64,000 bases of DNA, taken from positions 62,756 through 126,755 of the forward strand of contig CAVUGN010000009.1 of NCBI GenBank assembly GCA_963741095.1. The letters are read 5' to 3'. The stretch comes from an uncultured Candidatus Micrarchaeota archaeon (GTDB lineage Archaea > Micrarchaeota > Micrarchaeia > Micrarchaeales > Micrarchaeaceae). How positions within the stretch are numbered: position 1 is the stretch's first letter; every line of letters starts with the position of its first letter. Both the position numbers and the translations under genes were made by a program. The notes beneath the pieces were generated by a model that worked only from the letters and a program-made list of their open reading frames with translations, was not told the DNA's origin and made no database searches. This document shows positions 1 through 9,525 of this stretch, piece after piece.

Positions 1-309
1 GATAGATACGAGCTGCTGCCGGCCAAAGAGGTGAAGCTGGAGATAGCATCGAAGGGCAAACTGTACCAGTCGCTTAGAAATGTGATGAATCCAGGTGACA
101 AAGGGTACCTATTGGACGAAGTAGCAGAAAAGGCCTCTTTGGCAACGTGCGTGTATCGTACGTCATCGCCGGATGAACCTCTTATCCTTGTCACCGGCAA
201 GCCTGACGTTGCCGTCAAAACAGTTATCATGAGATGCACAGAACCCGGCAACAAGGCTGTTTCCCCGCAAGCCGAAACAGAGAACCTGCTCCGGCCAAAA
301 GAAGACTAA
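1..309 (+). CDS. hypothetical protein, probably 5'-truncated by the window edge
   Basis: Open frame ending at TAA 307-309; no recognisable family. Confidence 0.5.
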   Translation, partial: DRYELLPAKEVKLEIASKGKLYQSLRNVMNPGDKGYLLDEVAEKASLATCVYRTSSPDEPLILVTGKPDVAVKTVIMRCTEPGNKAVSPQAETENLLRPKED

Positions 310-478
310 ACTACTCCTACTTCTACGATTGACGAAGGCCGTCGGGAGGCATAAATATCAGGAAACCGCAAATTCATGTGATATCATACCAACAATCAGG
401 GCAGCGACTGCACTAACGCGAGTAGCCGCAAGCGGGAAGGCAACGGCATGCTAGCACAGACCTTCTCATGGAGATAAG

Positions 479-1030
479 ATGGAAAGCAATGCAAACAAGG
501 ACGGAAAGATGACTCCAGACAGAGTGGACGCGATAAAGATCTTCCTCAGGGGGGTTGAAGCAAATGGTGGCATCCCCGATAAAGCCGCGGTATCGCAAGA
601 AAAAGCAAAAAAGCCTGTTCTGAGCAAGGACGAGGCAAAAAAACTCGGCTTGGAGTTGATCACAGAGTCGAAAAAGCTGGATGCAAACCTCAACACAATT
701 AAGGAGCTGTTATCCGAAGGGGCGGACATAAACGCCCAAAACGATACCGGCATGACGGCGCTGATGTGGGCGTCTTCATGGGGCAATGGAGAGGTTATTG
801 AGATATTGTTACGCGGCGGAACCGATGTGAACTTGAGAAAGTGGGATGGAAGCACGGCTCTGATGTACGCTTCGGCGGACGACCACGAGGAGGCAGTCAA
901 AACGCTACTAAACCACGGGGCGAGCGTGGACTGCAGGAGCGCGAATGGCAAAGATGCCATAAGTTACGCCAAAACAGAAAGCACAAGGAAGCTACTTGTG
1001 GATGCGCTGCACAAAGAATCGGCATGGTAA
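479..1030 (+). CDS. ankyrin-repeat protein with shared N-terminal leader
   Basis: GADINAQNDTGMTALMWAS and DGSTALMYAS ankyrin motifs. Confidence 0.9.
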   Translation: MESNANKDGKMTPDRVDAIKIFLRGVEANGGIPDKAAVSQEKAKKPVLSKDEAKKLGLELITESKKLDANLNTIKELLSEGADINAQNDTGMTALMWASSWGNGEVIEILLRGGTDVNLRKWDGSTALMYASADDHEEAVKTLLNHGASVDCRSANGKDAISYAKTESTRKLLVDALHKESAW

Positions 1031-1031
1031 G

Positions 1032-1844
1032 ATGGAAACCAACGCGAACCAGGACGGAAAGATGACCACGCAAAGAGCGGAAACGATAAAAGCATTCATC
1101 AGAAGCGTGGAGGGGGCATTTGAAAATGCAATCAACAAAGAAATTGCGGGATCGGGGATCAGTGCAAGGATGTTCGTCGATAAGAAGGAGGCAAAAAGGC
1201 TTGGAAAAGAGCTGGTCGAAGAGGTAAAAAAGGATGTTGCGGGCATCGACAGAATCAAAGAACTCATACGCAACGGAGCAGATTTAAACGCGAAAAACCA
1301 GATCGACATGTCCGCTCTTATGTACGCTTCTTGGTATGACCAAAAAGAGATTGTTAAGATATTAATCGACAACGGCGCAGACGTCAATCTAGGAAATAAA
1401 TTTGACAATACAGCGCTTCAGTTTGCTTCAAGGATGGGGCACATAGAAACGGTCGAAATACTACTGACCAAAGGCGTCAATGTGAAAAAGTATGATCAAG
1501 GCGCGAAGTCATTGATCGAAGCTTCATTGCTCAATCACAGAGAAATCACTGAAATTATGATACGCAGCCACGTAAATCTGGATAAAATGGACAGAACTGG
1601 AATGACTGCGCTGATGCGCGCTTCAGAGGGAGGGCACAAAGAGATTGTCGAGATATTGATGTGCGCCGGCGCCGACGTGAACCTGAAGAGCGGTCTAGAC
1701 AATAATCGAAAAGAACTTGCCAAAATCTTCCCAAGTACCCGTACTCGGGTCAACCAGAGCAATGATGGCGGTAAGACCGCTGCAGATTACGCTAAAAACG
1801 AAGAAATAAAAAAAATGCTCGAAGACGCGGCAAAGTGCAAATGA
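1032..1844 (+). CDS. ankyrin-repeat protein with shared N-terminal leader
   Basis: Several GADVN..TAL..A repeats; start placed at METNANQDG by paralog comparison. Confidence 0.9.
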   Translation: METNANQDGKMTTQRAETIKAFIRSVEGAFENAINKEIAGSGISARMFVDKKEAKRLGKELVEEVKKDVAGIDRIKELIRNGADLNAKNQIDMSALMYASWYDQKEIVKILIDNGADVNLGNKFDNTALQFASRMGHIETVEILLTKGVNVKKYDQGAKSLIEASLLNHREITEIMIRSHVNLDKMDRTGMTALMRASEGGHKEIVEILMCAGADVNLKSGLDNNRKELAKIFPSTRTRVNQSNDGGKTAADYAKNEEIKKMLEDAAKCK

Positions 1845-1845
1845 G

Positions 1846-2457
1846 ATGGAACGCAACGCAGACAACAATGGAAGGATGACTACGCAGAGGGCGGACGCGA
1901 TTAAGGCATTCGTCAGGGAATCGAAGGAGATCCTGGCAAATTTACCAATACCCTCGGGCTTTAACGAAATAAAACGTTCAAGCAAGCCCTCATTATTTTA
2001 TTCGGCGCGGAAGGCGAATTATCCCGAGACAACCAAAATCCTCACCGAAGCTGGGCTTAAGGCGATCAATTATAAAGAGGCGCTATCATCGGCACAAGAA
2101 TTAATCGGAACGCTGGCAGAAAAATATGGTAAACCAGAGACCTTGAATGGAAGATGGTTCTACTTAGGAGGCAGCAGCATCTCTGGCCCCAAAGGAATGA
2201 GAAAATATGCTGCATACACCGTCACGTTTAATGCACGCGGCGAACTCTTACCCCTAACTGGAAAAGAAAAGAGTTTCGACCAGATGGTCAGCCTGTTCCC
2301 CGGCCGTGGTAGGATCGCTCTTAGCATCTATCCCGAATACTTCGGCATCAATCGATTCACCCTGGGCGTAGACGATAAAGGCAGGCGTGACATTGCTCCA
2401 TTGGTGGTCGGCCTTAGGGAAGAAGATGCCGTGAAGCAGGGGTCTGTGCAGCCGTAA
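1846..2457 (+). CDS. hypothetical protein with shared leader; C-terminus weakly resembles the DGR target
   Basis: MERNADNNGRMTTQRADAIKAF leader; PGRGRIALSI...DIAPLVVG end. Confidence 0.75.
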   Translation: MERNADNNGRMTTQRADAIKAFVRESKEILANLPIPSGFNEIKRSSKPSLFYSARKANYPETTKILTEAGLKAINYKEALSSAQELIGTLAEKYGKPETLNGRWFYLGGSSISGPKGMRKYAAYTVTFNARGELLPLTGKEKSFDQMVSLFPGRGRIALSIYPEYFGINRFTLGVDDKGRRDIAPLVVGLREEDAVKQGSVQP

Positions 2458-2605
2458 ATGCTGCCCAAAGGCCCACATCCGTGAAGTGCTTACCCTACCC
2501 GTTTCACATAGCCTTCCATGCCAGGCAAAAGGCTATAAATGTTGGCGCAGAGTATATTATTCTACTTATCACTGATAGATAATTAGCGTTAAAACGGTGA
2601 ATATA

Positions 2606-3301
2606 ATGTATCCAAACGTGCAGGCATACGACAGGGGTGTGATGTTCAGCCCGGACGGCCGGCTCTTCCAAGTCGAGTACGCGAAAGAGGCAGTCAGGAA
2701 GGGTGCTACTTCAATAGGCATAACGACGACAGAAGCGGTTGTCCTGCTGGCCCATAAGCCCAACCTGGACCCTCTGGCGCTGCCAAGCACGAGCCAGAAG
2801 ATATTCAGGATAGACTCATACATAGGCGCCACTTACAGCGGGCTGGTCTCAGACGGCCTGCACGTCATAAACACCATGCGCGGCAAGACGCAGAGCCACC
2901 GCATGGTCTACGATGAGACCGAGTCTGTGGAATCGGTCGCAAAGGAGATCTCGGAAGAGATGCAGATGGCCACGCAGTACGGCGGAATAAGGCCCTATGC
3001 CATATCATTGCTGATAGGCGGCATAGACAGCAAGCCAAGGCTATTCGAGATAGAGCCAGGAGCTTCGTACCTGGGATACATGGCTGACGCCATCGGGTCG
3101 GGTAAGAAGCTGGCCGGCGACATGCTGCTCAAGGGCTACAAGGAAGGCATGAGCATAGATGACGCGATAAACCTTGGAGTTAGCATAATAAATAAGGTCA
3201 ACGAGGCAAAACTCACCGAAAACAACATCGACATCGCAACGATAAAGAAGGATGTCGGTTTCGAGGCTTTTGGGCCGGAGAAGGTAATGAAATACCTCTG
3301 A
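2606..3301 (+). CDS. psmA: proteasome subunit alpha
   Basis: YDRGVMFSPDGRLFQVEYA signature. Confidence 0.97.
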   Translation: MYPNVQAYDRGVMFSPDGRLFQVEYAKEAVRKGATSIGITTTEAVVLLAHKPNLDPLALPSTSQKIFRIDSYIGATYSGLVSDGLHVINTMRGKTQSHRMVYDETESVESVAKEISEEMQMATQYGGIRPYAISLLIGGIDSKPRLFEIEPGASYLGYMADAIGSGKKLAGDMLLKGYKEGMSIDDAINLGVSIINKVNEAKLTENNIDIATIKKDVGFEAFGPEKVMKYL

Positions 3302-3320
3302 CCGCAGCATAGTGAAAGTC

Positions 3321-4007
3321 ATGGCTCCTTCAAAAACAGTGATAGTAAAGGTCAGCAAGAACGGGGACGATTTCGAGATATTCGTAAACGCCGACATGGC
3401 CTACGAATACATAACCGGCAAGCGAAGCGACCCGATGAGCGTGCTCGAGGACGAGGAGATCTTCAAGGACGCACGGAAGGGGGAGCGCCAGAGCCCCGAG
3501 AAGGTCAAGAAGGCCTTCGGGACCAATGAATTGCAGAAGGTCATAGAGGCCATACTCAAGAGCGGAAACGTGCCCATAACAACTGAGCAAAGGCACCAGC
3601 TCACCGAAGAGAAGAGGAAGCAGATAATAAACATAATCGCAACCAACTCCATCGATCCGAGGACGAATGCTCCCAACCCACCAACAAGGGTCGAGAACGC
3701 GATGGAGGAGGCAAGAGTTTCGATAGATCCGTTAAAGAACGCGACCGAGCAGGTTGATGCGGTCGTGAAGAAGATAAGCGTGATAATGCCGATAAAGTTC
3801 ACCACGGCGAAGATAGAGGTCACGATACCGCCGGAATTCACCAACAGGTCCTACAGCGTGCTCAAGAGGTACGGGCTGAAGTCGGAGAAGTGGCTTAGCA
3901 ACGGAAGCCTCCAAGCCCTTCTTGAGTTCCCTGCGGGCATGCAGACCGAATTCTTCGACAGGATAAACAGCGCAACACAGGGAAAAGCTGAGGTCAAGAT
4001 TTTATGA
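3321..4007 (+). CDS. ribosome maturation protein SBDS/Sdo1
   Basis: FEI..., IFKDARKGE, IDPRTNAPNPPTRVENAM; exosome superoperon position. Confidence 0.95.
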   Translation: MAPSKTVIVKVSKNGDDFEIFVNADMAYEYITGKRSDPMSVLEDEEIFKDARKGERQSPEKVKKAFGTNELQKVIEAILKSGNVPITTEQRHQLTEEKRKQIINIIATNSIDPRTNAPNPPTRVENAMEEARVSIDPLKNATEQVDAVVKKISVIMPIKFTTAKIEVTIPPEFTNRSYSVLKRYGLKSEKWLSNGSLQALLEFPAGMQTEFFDRINSATQGKAEVKIL

Positions 4008-4612
4008 GGCGCATAGTACTACCGGGAGAGCAGATCTCAGAGAAACCGATCCGAGTCGCGAACGGCTTCACCCAGGGCGGCAAGGCATACTCGAAGATAC
4101 TCGGGCTCTACGAGGACCAGGATCGCGAGGTCGTGCCCTTAGAGGGAGTCTGGGAGCCGCACATCGGAGACACTGTAGTCGGCATCATATCGGAAAGCAA
4201 GAACAAGGTCTACGGAGTCGATCTTTCATACTTCAAGAGGAGCATACTGGTCACGAGCAAGTTCGACCGTTACGAGTTCATGTACGGAGACATCGTCGAG
4301 GCCTCGATAAAGGACATCGAGGGCAACAAGACGATAATACTGTCGGAGCCCAAGCTCCTGCACGGGGGCATGCTGCTGAAGATAAAGCCGGTCAAGGTTC
4401 CAAGGGTAATAGGGAAACAGAACACGATGGTCAAGCAGATCATAGAGGCAACGCAGTCGGAGATAGTGGTCGGGGTCAACGGGATAATCTGGATAAACGG
4501 CGGCAACGACACGCTCGCGATAGAGGCGATATTGAGGATAGAGAACGAGGCGCACGTGCCCGGGCTCACCGAACGGATAAAGAGAATGCTAGAAACAAAA
4601 GAGGTTAATTAA
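4004..4612 (+). CDS. rrp4: exosome RNA-binding subunit Rrp4
   Basis: IVLPGE; S1 and KH domains (KVPRVIGK, VGVNGIIWI). Confidence 0.93.
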   Translation: MRRIVLPGEQISEKPIRVANGFTQGGKAYSKILGLYEDQDREVVPLEGVWEPHIGDTVVGIISESKNKVYGVDLSYFKRSILVTSKFDRYEFMYGDIVEASIKDIEGNKTIILSEPKLLHGGMLLKIKPVKVPRVIGKQNTMVKQIIEATQSEIVVGVNGIIWINGGNDTLAIEAILRIENEAHVPGLTERIKRMLETKEVN

Positions 4613-5362
4613 ATGGTAGCGAAAACCGACAAAAAAGAGCTCGTAAAGGACGGCAAGAGGATGGACGGAAGGGCCTTTGACGAGATGAGGAAGATAAAGA
4701 TAACCGCTTCGGTGCTCAAGAACGCCGACGGCTCTGCGTACATAGAGTGGGGCAACAACAAGGTGCTCGCAGCGGTGTACGGGCCGAAGGAGGTCATGCC
4801 AAAGCATTTGACAGACCCATCGAAGGCGATAATCAAGTGCAGGTACTCGATGGCGCCGTTCTCGAACGTTGAGGACCACGGCCGTTCTGCTCCGTCAAGG
4901 AGGAGCATCGAGATATCGAAGGTCATAAAGGAGGCCTTCGAGAACGTGGTTCTGCTGGGCGAGTTCCCGGGCAGCGAGATAGACATATTCATCGAAGTGC
5001 TTCAGGGCGACGGCGGCACAAGGGCTGCGGGCCTCACTGCCGCTTCGGTCGCGCTTGCAAGCGCGGGAATACCGATGAAGGACCTGATCTACGCGGTCTC
5101 GGTGGGCCGCATAGGCGAGCACGTCACGATAGACTTCGACATGATCGAGGACAACTACTCGGACAGCGACATGCCCATAGCGATTGCGCCAAGGAACAAC
5201 GACATAGTGCTGTTGCAGATGGACGGCGGATTGACGAGAAGCCAGTTCGCGCAGGCCGTCAAGATGGCGGTCGATGCCGGGAAGACGATAAGCGAGCTGC
5301 AGAAGAACGCGCTGAGGGACGTGTACGCGAAGGTTGCAGAGAAGTACGAAAAGGGTAATTAG
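4613..5362 (+). CDS. rrp41: exosome exonuclease Rrp41
   Basis: RNase PH fold: RMDGRAFDEMR, ADGSAYIEWG, GDGGTR. Confidence 0.96.
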   Translation: MVAKTDKKELVKDGKRMDGRAFDEMRKIKITASVLKNADGSAYIEWGNNKVLAAVYGPKEVMPKHLTDPSKAIIKCRYSMAPFSNVEDHGRSAPSRRSIEISKVIKEAFENVVLLGEFPGSEIDIFIEVLQGDGGTRAAGLTAASVALASAGIPMKDLIYAVSVGRIGEHVTIDFDMIEDNYSDSDMPIAIAPRNNDIVLLQMDGGLTRSQFAQAVKMAVDAGKTISELQKNALRDVYAKVAEKYEKGN

Positions 5363-6142
5363 ATGGACGCGATCGACATAGTCAAGGTAAACTACATCAA
5401 GGAGCTTCTTGCGAAGAAGACGCGAGAGGACGGAAGGGAGATGCTGGCGATGCGGCCCATATCGGTCCTAAAGAGCCCGATAGAGCACGCAGAGGGCTCT
5501 GCACAGGCCGACATAGGCGCCACAAGGGTTCTGGCCGGAGTCAAGCTGATGGTCGAGGAGCCGATGAAGGACACGCCGCTGCAGGGAAGCCTGAGCGTCT
5601 CCGCTGAGCTGCTGCCTCTGGCATCAGCTGATTACGAAACCGGGCCGCCAAGCCCAGAGTCAATAGAATTCGCAAGAGTGGTCGACAGGGGCATACGAGC
5701 CGGAGAATGCATAAACCTTCCCGAGCTGTTCATAGAGGAGGGCAAGGTCTGGTGCGTCTACGTCGATCTTTACGTGCTTAATTACGATGGCAACCTCTTC
5801 GACGCCGGCTCTCTGGCTGCGATGAGCGCGCTTTACAGGACGCGCATGCCGAAGTACGAGGACGAGAAGGTCATAAGGGGAGAGACCTCGAAGCAGCTGA
5901 AGATAGACAACGTAATAACCTCCACAACCTTCGCGAAGATAGGCGGCAACATACTTCTCGATCCTACGAAGAACGAGCAGGATGCGACCGATGCAAGGCT
6001 GACCATCGCGACAGACGACGAGAACATAAGGGCGATGCAGAAGGGCCTGAGCGGCAGCTTCTCCGTCAAGGAGGTGAGCGAGCTGGTCGAGGAATCCTTT
6101 AAGAAGCACAAGGAGCTTAAAAGTTATACAACCGTTGATTGA
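5363..6142 (+). CDS. rrp42: exosome subunit Rrp42
   Basis: REDGR, AEGSA, ARVVDRGIR, DGNLFDA. Confidence 0.96.
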   Translation: MDAIDIVKVNYIKELLAKKTREDGREMLAMRPISVLKSPIEHAEGSAQADIGATRVLAGVKLMVEEPMKDTPLQGSLSVSAELLPLASADYETGPPSPESIEFARVVDRGIRAGECINLPELFIEEGKVWCVYVDLYVLNYDGNLFDAGSLAAMSALYRTRMPKYEDEKVIRGETSKQLKIDNVITSTTFAKIGGNILLDPTKNEQDATDARLTIATDDENIRAMQKGLSGSFSVKEVSELVEESFKKHKELKSYTTVD

Positions 6143-6382
6143 ATGGCAAACTACAGCATAAGATACGGAGCCAGCCTCAGGAAGAGGAACGCCGAGATAA
6201 AGCGAGAGAAGACCGCGCACTACAAGTGCGAAGCGTGCGGCAAGATGACGGTCAAGCGCATAAGCACCAGCATATGGAAGTGCAAGCACTGCGGCAAGAC
6301 CTATGCGGGCGGAGCGTACACAATGACAACGCCGGCAGGAGAGGCCGCAAAGAGGCTAATCTCGGAGATGGCAAAGAAGTGA
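6143..6382 (+). CDS. rpl37ae: 50S ribosomal protein L37ae
   Basis: RYGASLRKR, two CxxC, AGGAY. Confidence 0.96.
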   Translation: MANYSIRYGASLRKRNAEIKREKTAHYKCEACGKMTVKRISTSIWKCKHCGKTYAGGAYTMTTPAGEAAKRLISEMAKK

Positions 6383-6386
6383 ACTG

Positions 6387-6749
6387 ATGGTAAAGGTAAC
6401 GTTCTCGCCGGTCAAGGAGCTGGTCGTCCACGAAGCGGTCAGGCTCGGCTACGAGGATCTGCTGATGGAGCGGATAACCCCATCGGGCAACATGCCGCTC
6501 TACTGGTGCAATGGGCTGTTGTTCAGCTTCTCGTCGGTGCCGATGACGAGGGACATAATAAAGGACTACCTCAACGGCACGATACACTGGATGGAGATAC
6601 ACTACACGGAAATGCAGGACTACAAGCCCATCCTCGAAGTCAACGACGAGAACTACAAGGCGATGCTCAAGATAAAGGTGATAGACACGAGCAAGTCCTT
6701 GCTCCACAGCGACGTCACCAAATGGCTGAAGGGCAATAAAAAAGAATGA
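6387..6749 (+). CDS. hypothetical protein (LYWCNGLLF motif)
   Basis: Co-oriented ORF with host-like codon usage. Confidence 0.75.
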   Translation: MVKVTFSPVKELVVHEAVRLGYEDLLMERITPSGNMPLYWCNGLLFSFSSVPMTRDIIKDYLNGTIHWMEIHYTEMQDYKPILEVNDENYKAMLKIKVIDTSKSLLHSDVTKWLKGNKKE

Positions 6750-6758
6750 TGTGGCAGA

Positions 6759-7313
6759 ATGGAAACCAAATCACCGCAAAAGTCGGCACAGGATCAAAGC
6801 CCTAGCATAGCCGCATCAAGCCGCATCTCCAATTTCCATTTGAACGACGGGGCGAAGTGGGGCGATTACGGCGCCAGACGCCACATGGCGGAAGTCGAAG
6901 GGAGGATAACGCACGCAATCCCGACCTACATCGGGACATGGTCCCCAAATTATCCGACCACTGGCCTGTTCGAGATGTTCGTAGAGAAAAGAGTCGGAGT
7001 GCGAATATCTGGCACGATAAAAGACGTCATAGGCACTGCAAGCTTTGATGGAATAATCAGGAGCAACACAGTACATGATGGAATAATCGGGGCTACCACG
7101 ATACATTTTTCGAAGCAGTATGACCAAGATGCGATACTGATCGGCGGCGAAAAGAACCCCATACACTACAAAGGAAAGCAAAAAGACGGGCGGACAATCG
7201 GCACCTATACGTTCGAAAGCGATAAAACAGATATAAGACCGTTCTGGATGTATGAGTTCGAGAAAGTGGCGGGGTCTGTATACCAATTATTGAGGGCTGA
7301 TAAAACATTGTGA
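6759..7313 (+). CDS. hypothetical protein
   Basis: 184-aa ORF inside the operon; no recognised family. Confidence 0.65.
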   Translation: METKSPQKSAQDQSPSIAASSRISNFHLNDGAKWGDYGARRHMAEVEGRITHAIPTYIGTWSPNYPTTGLFEMFVEKRVGVRISGTIKDVIGTASFDGIIRSNTVHDGIIGATTIHFSKQYDQDAILIGGEKNPIHYKGKQKDGRTIGTYTFESDKTDIRPFWMYEFEKVAGSVYQLLRADKTL

Positions 7314-7323
7314 TGTTGATACT

Positions 7324-7455
7324 ATGGCTTACGTATGCGCATATTGCGGAAAGAAGGCAAAGCAGTTGGACAACTTCATCAGATGCTCCTACTGCGGATA
7401 CAGGATACTGATAAAGGGAAGAACCAATCTGGCGCGGGAAGTCTCCACTGATTAG
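7324..7455 (+). CDS. rpoP: RNA polymerase subunit P (Rpo12); absent from ORF track
   Basis: Hand translation MAYVCAYCGKKAKQLDNFIRCSYCGYRILIKGRTNLAREVSTD; expected downstream of L37ae. Confidence 0.92.
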   Translation: MAYVCAYCGKKAKQLDNFIRCSYCGYRILIKGRTNLAREVSTD

Positions 7456-7531
7456 ACTCCCACAACGCTGCGGTCATCAGCTGCCTGTTCGTCCTTAAAC
7501 CGCAGAATACACTTTCAGGAAAAGCTCTGAT

Positions 7532-7547
7532 GCGAGCTTAAGCTCGC
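7532..7547. terminator. perfect palindrome between convergent genes, possible terminator
   Basis: GCGAGCTTAAGCTCGC. Confidence 0.35.
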
Positions 7548-7554
7548 AAAAGGC

Positions 7555-7800
7555 CTAATTTCTTTCGGTCCCGACTATTATGGTCTCCGAAACGCTCTTG
7601 ACCCTGTCGTAGCGCACGCTGTTCTTCGCGAGTGCCGTGCGGCTGCTCGTTCCCTTCACCAGGTCGTCTATCTTCGCCAGAAGGAGGCTCGAAACGCTGC
7701 CGTTTTCAAAATCGAGTACCACGTCCTCCACCATCCCGATCTTCTTTCCGGTGTTGCTTAGTATCTGCTTGCCGTACAGCTCTGATATTAGTATTGCCAT
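7555..7800 (-). CDS. PRC-barrel domain protein
   Basis: SELYGKQILSNTGKKIGMVEDVVLD. Confidence 0.88.
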   Translation of the reverse strand: MAILISELYGKQILSNTGKKIGMVEDVVLDFENGSVSSLLLAKIDDLVKGTSSRTALAKNSVRYDRVKSVSETIIVGTERN

Positions 7801-7809
7801 TTTTCCACC

Positions 7810-8355
7810 TTATCTTATGCGCATTATCTTCTTAGATGCGAATATTCTTAATATGTACTCCTCCAACTCGTTGACAAATGCGTCATGGTTGTCGTCCAAC
7901 TTGGCCAATTCGCCCTGTGCAAACAGGTTCTTGTTCCTGCTTATCAGATAATCCAGGTATCTGGTAGTCAGGTGATAGCTCTTCTTGCCACAGCTCTTGC
8001 AGAGATATATCGGCACGACTGGAAGCTCGTCCCCCGAAACTGATCTGTCCAATCTCTCCAAAGAGCTGCTTCCGCAGCTCGGGCACGGCTTTTTCAGCTT
8101 GACGTCCTCGTACGGCATGCTCTTCACCTCCCGCGCCGCAGCTTCCTTGAGTTCGCGCTCTATCAGCGCCTCCAATCCGTTGCCCTCCATGTCAAGCAGC
8201 TTCTGCTGGAGCACCGCGCCGTTCTCGTCGAAAACGGTCTCAAGGATGCGTTTGCCCTTCTCCTCCCATTGCTTTACGACCGCGATGCCCTTCGCGCTGT
8301 ACTCAAGCCTTACCCTGCCTTTATCCTTGGATACGAACGCTACCCCTTCGATCAT
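7810..8355 (-). CDS. hypothetical zinc-ribbon protein
   Basis: CPSCG...CKSCG. Confidence 0.75.
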   Translation of the reverse strand: MIEGVAFVSKDKGRVRLEYSAKGIAVVKQWEEKGKRILETVFDENGAVLQQKLLDMEGNGLEALIERELKEAAAREVKSMPYEDVKLKKPCPSCGSSSLERLDRSVSGDELPVVPIYLCKSCGKKSYHLTTRYLDYLISRNKNLFAQGELAKLDDNHDAFVNELEEYILRIFASKKIMRIR

Positions 8356-8568
8356 TCAATCTCCGAACTTGAGGCGATAGGTATCGACATCCTCTTCGGT
8401 CACCACGTCGCGGTTATGCGCCTTCGCCCTCTTCACCGCATATTCCGCTATCTTCTTCGCCTTGGCCTCAAGCAGCTTCGCGATCGATTCGATGGCGGTA
8501 TCGCTTATCGCTATGCCCGAGTTGTTTTTCACCAGCCTCTTTATCTCCGCCTTCGATACCTTTCCCAT
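8356..8568 (-). CDS. archaeal histone (HMf-like)
   Basis: Histone fold: IKRLVK, ISDTA, AKAHNRDVVTEEDV. Confidence 0.88.
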   Translation of the reverse strand: MGKVSKAEIKRLVKNNSGIAISDTAIESIAKLLEAKAKKIAEYAVKRAKAHNRDVVTEEDVDTYRLKFGD

Positions 8569-8792
8569 TCACGCACCGCAGCACTAAAACATTGATTTGT
8601 CTCTTCTAAGAAATAAATACGTTGCTATGCGGCAAAACATGCGACGAACAGCGTAACGGATTGCAACGCAACTTTTATAAGCAGTCTAGTACGGCGATAT
8701 TAGCAAAGATGCTGATGGAAAACGAAAATGTATTTATACCCATGCGGTTCAATTAGTTCTGTAAAAAGTGAATCCTACTTGAGCGTGTTTTG

Positions 8793-9113
8793 ATGGGCAT
8801 AACCGACGTAAACGAGGCTAACTTCGAGAAGCAGGTGCTGAAGTCAGGCGTACCAGTTGTGGTCGACATATGGGCCGAATGGTGCGGTCCGTGCAGGCTC
8901 TACGCCCCTATCATAGAAGAGGTCTCAAAGGACTATGACGGCAAGGTGAAGTTCTTCAAGATGAACGCGGACGAGAACCAGAAGACTCTTGAGAAATACG
9001 ACATCATGAGCATACCAACGACTCTGCTCATAGAAGGCGGGATAGTCAAGGCGATGAACATCGGCGCGATATCGAAGGACGCTTTGAAGAAATGGCTAAA
9101 GAGCAATCTCTAA
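8793..9113 (+). CDS. trxA: thioredoxin
   Basis: WAEWCGPC. Confidence 0.96.
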   Translation: MGITDVNEANFEKQVLKSGVPVVVDIWAEWCGPCRLYAPIIEEVSKDYDGKVKFFKMNADENQKTLEKYDIMSIPTTLLIEGGIVKAMNIGAISKDALKKWLKSNL

Positions 9114-9196
9114 TTCTTCAAAGGCAGGGAAACCTGCCCGAAACGGATATATATCTCCTAGAATGTAATATCCTCACCAGAGACAAGGTGAAAGTG

Positions 9197-9525
9197 ATGT
9201 CAGTCCAACACAACCATACCGTTCTCGTTACAACGGGAGACGGCTGTATCTGTCTGATGCCCAGCGTCTGGGAATAAGTCTAGTCATAACCAAAGCTCTC
9301 AACAAGAATCAGCTTCTTATCCTTTCAAACATCGGCGAGTACACCAACATAACAGACCTACTCGAGAGGCTCTCCGAACGGTCGTCAATTCCTCTCTCTA
9401 CTCTTAAGCTCAACGCAAGGGTGCTACGCAGCCTCGGCCTCATCAAATATGATGTGCCTCCAGTAAAGGTAACATCCACGGGCAGGACCGTACTTGAGAT
9501 TATAAACAGTGATACCAATGGTTGA
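9197..9525 (+). pseudogene. winged-helix protein, frameshifted or with non-canonical start; absent from ORF track
   Basis: Frame 9169-9525 reads ...ALNKNQLLIL...IPLSTLKLNARVLRSLGLI...VTSTGRTVLEII; ATG 9197 with GGTGA SD is in another frame. Confidence 0.6.

Noticed and set aside
7456-7554. Ribozyme or C/D-box RNA (CTGATGA on the minus strand within a CTGCGGT/ACCGCAG stem)
   Set aside because: The remaining conserved elements could not be placed.
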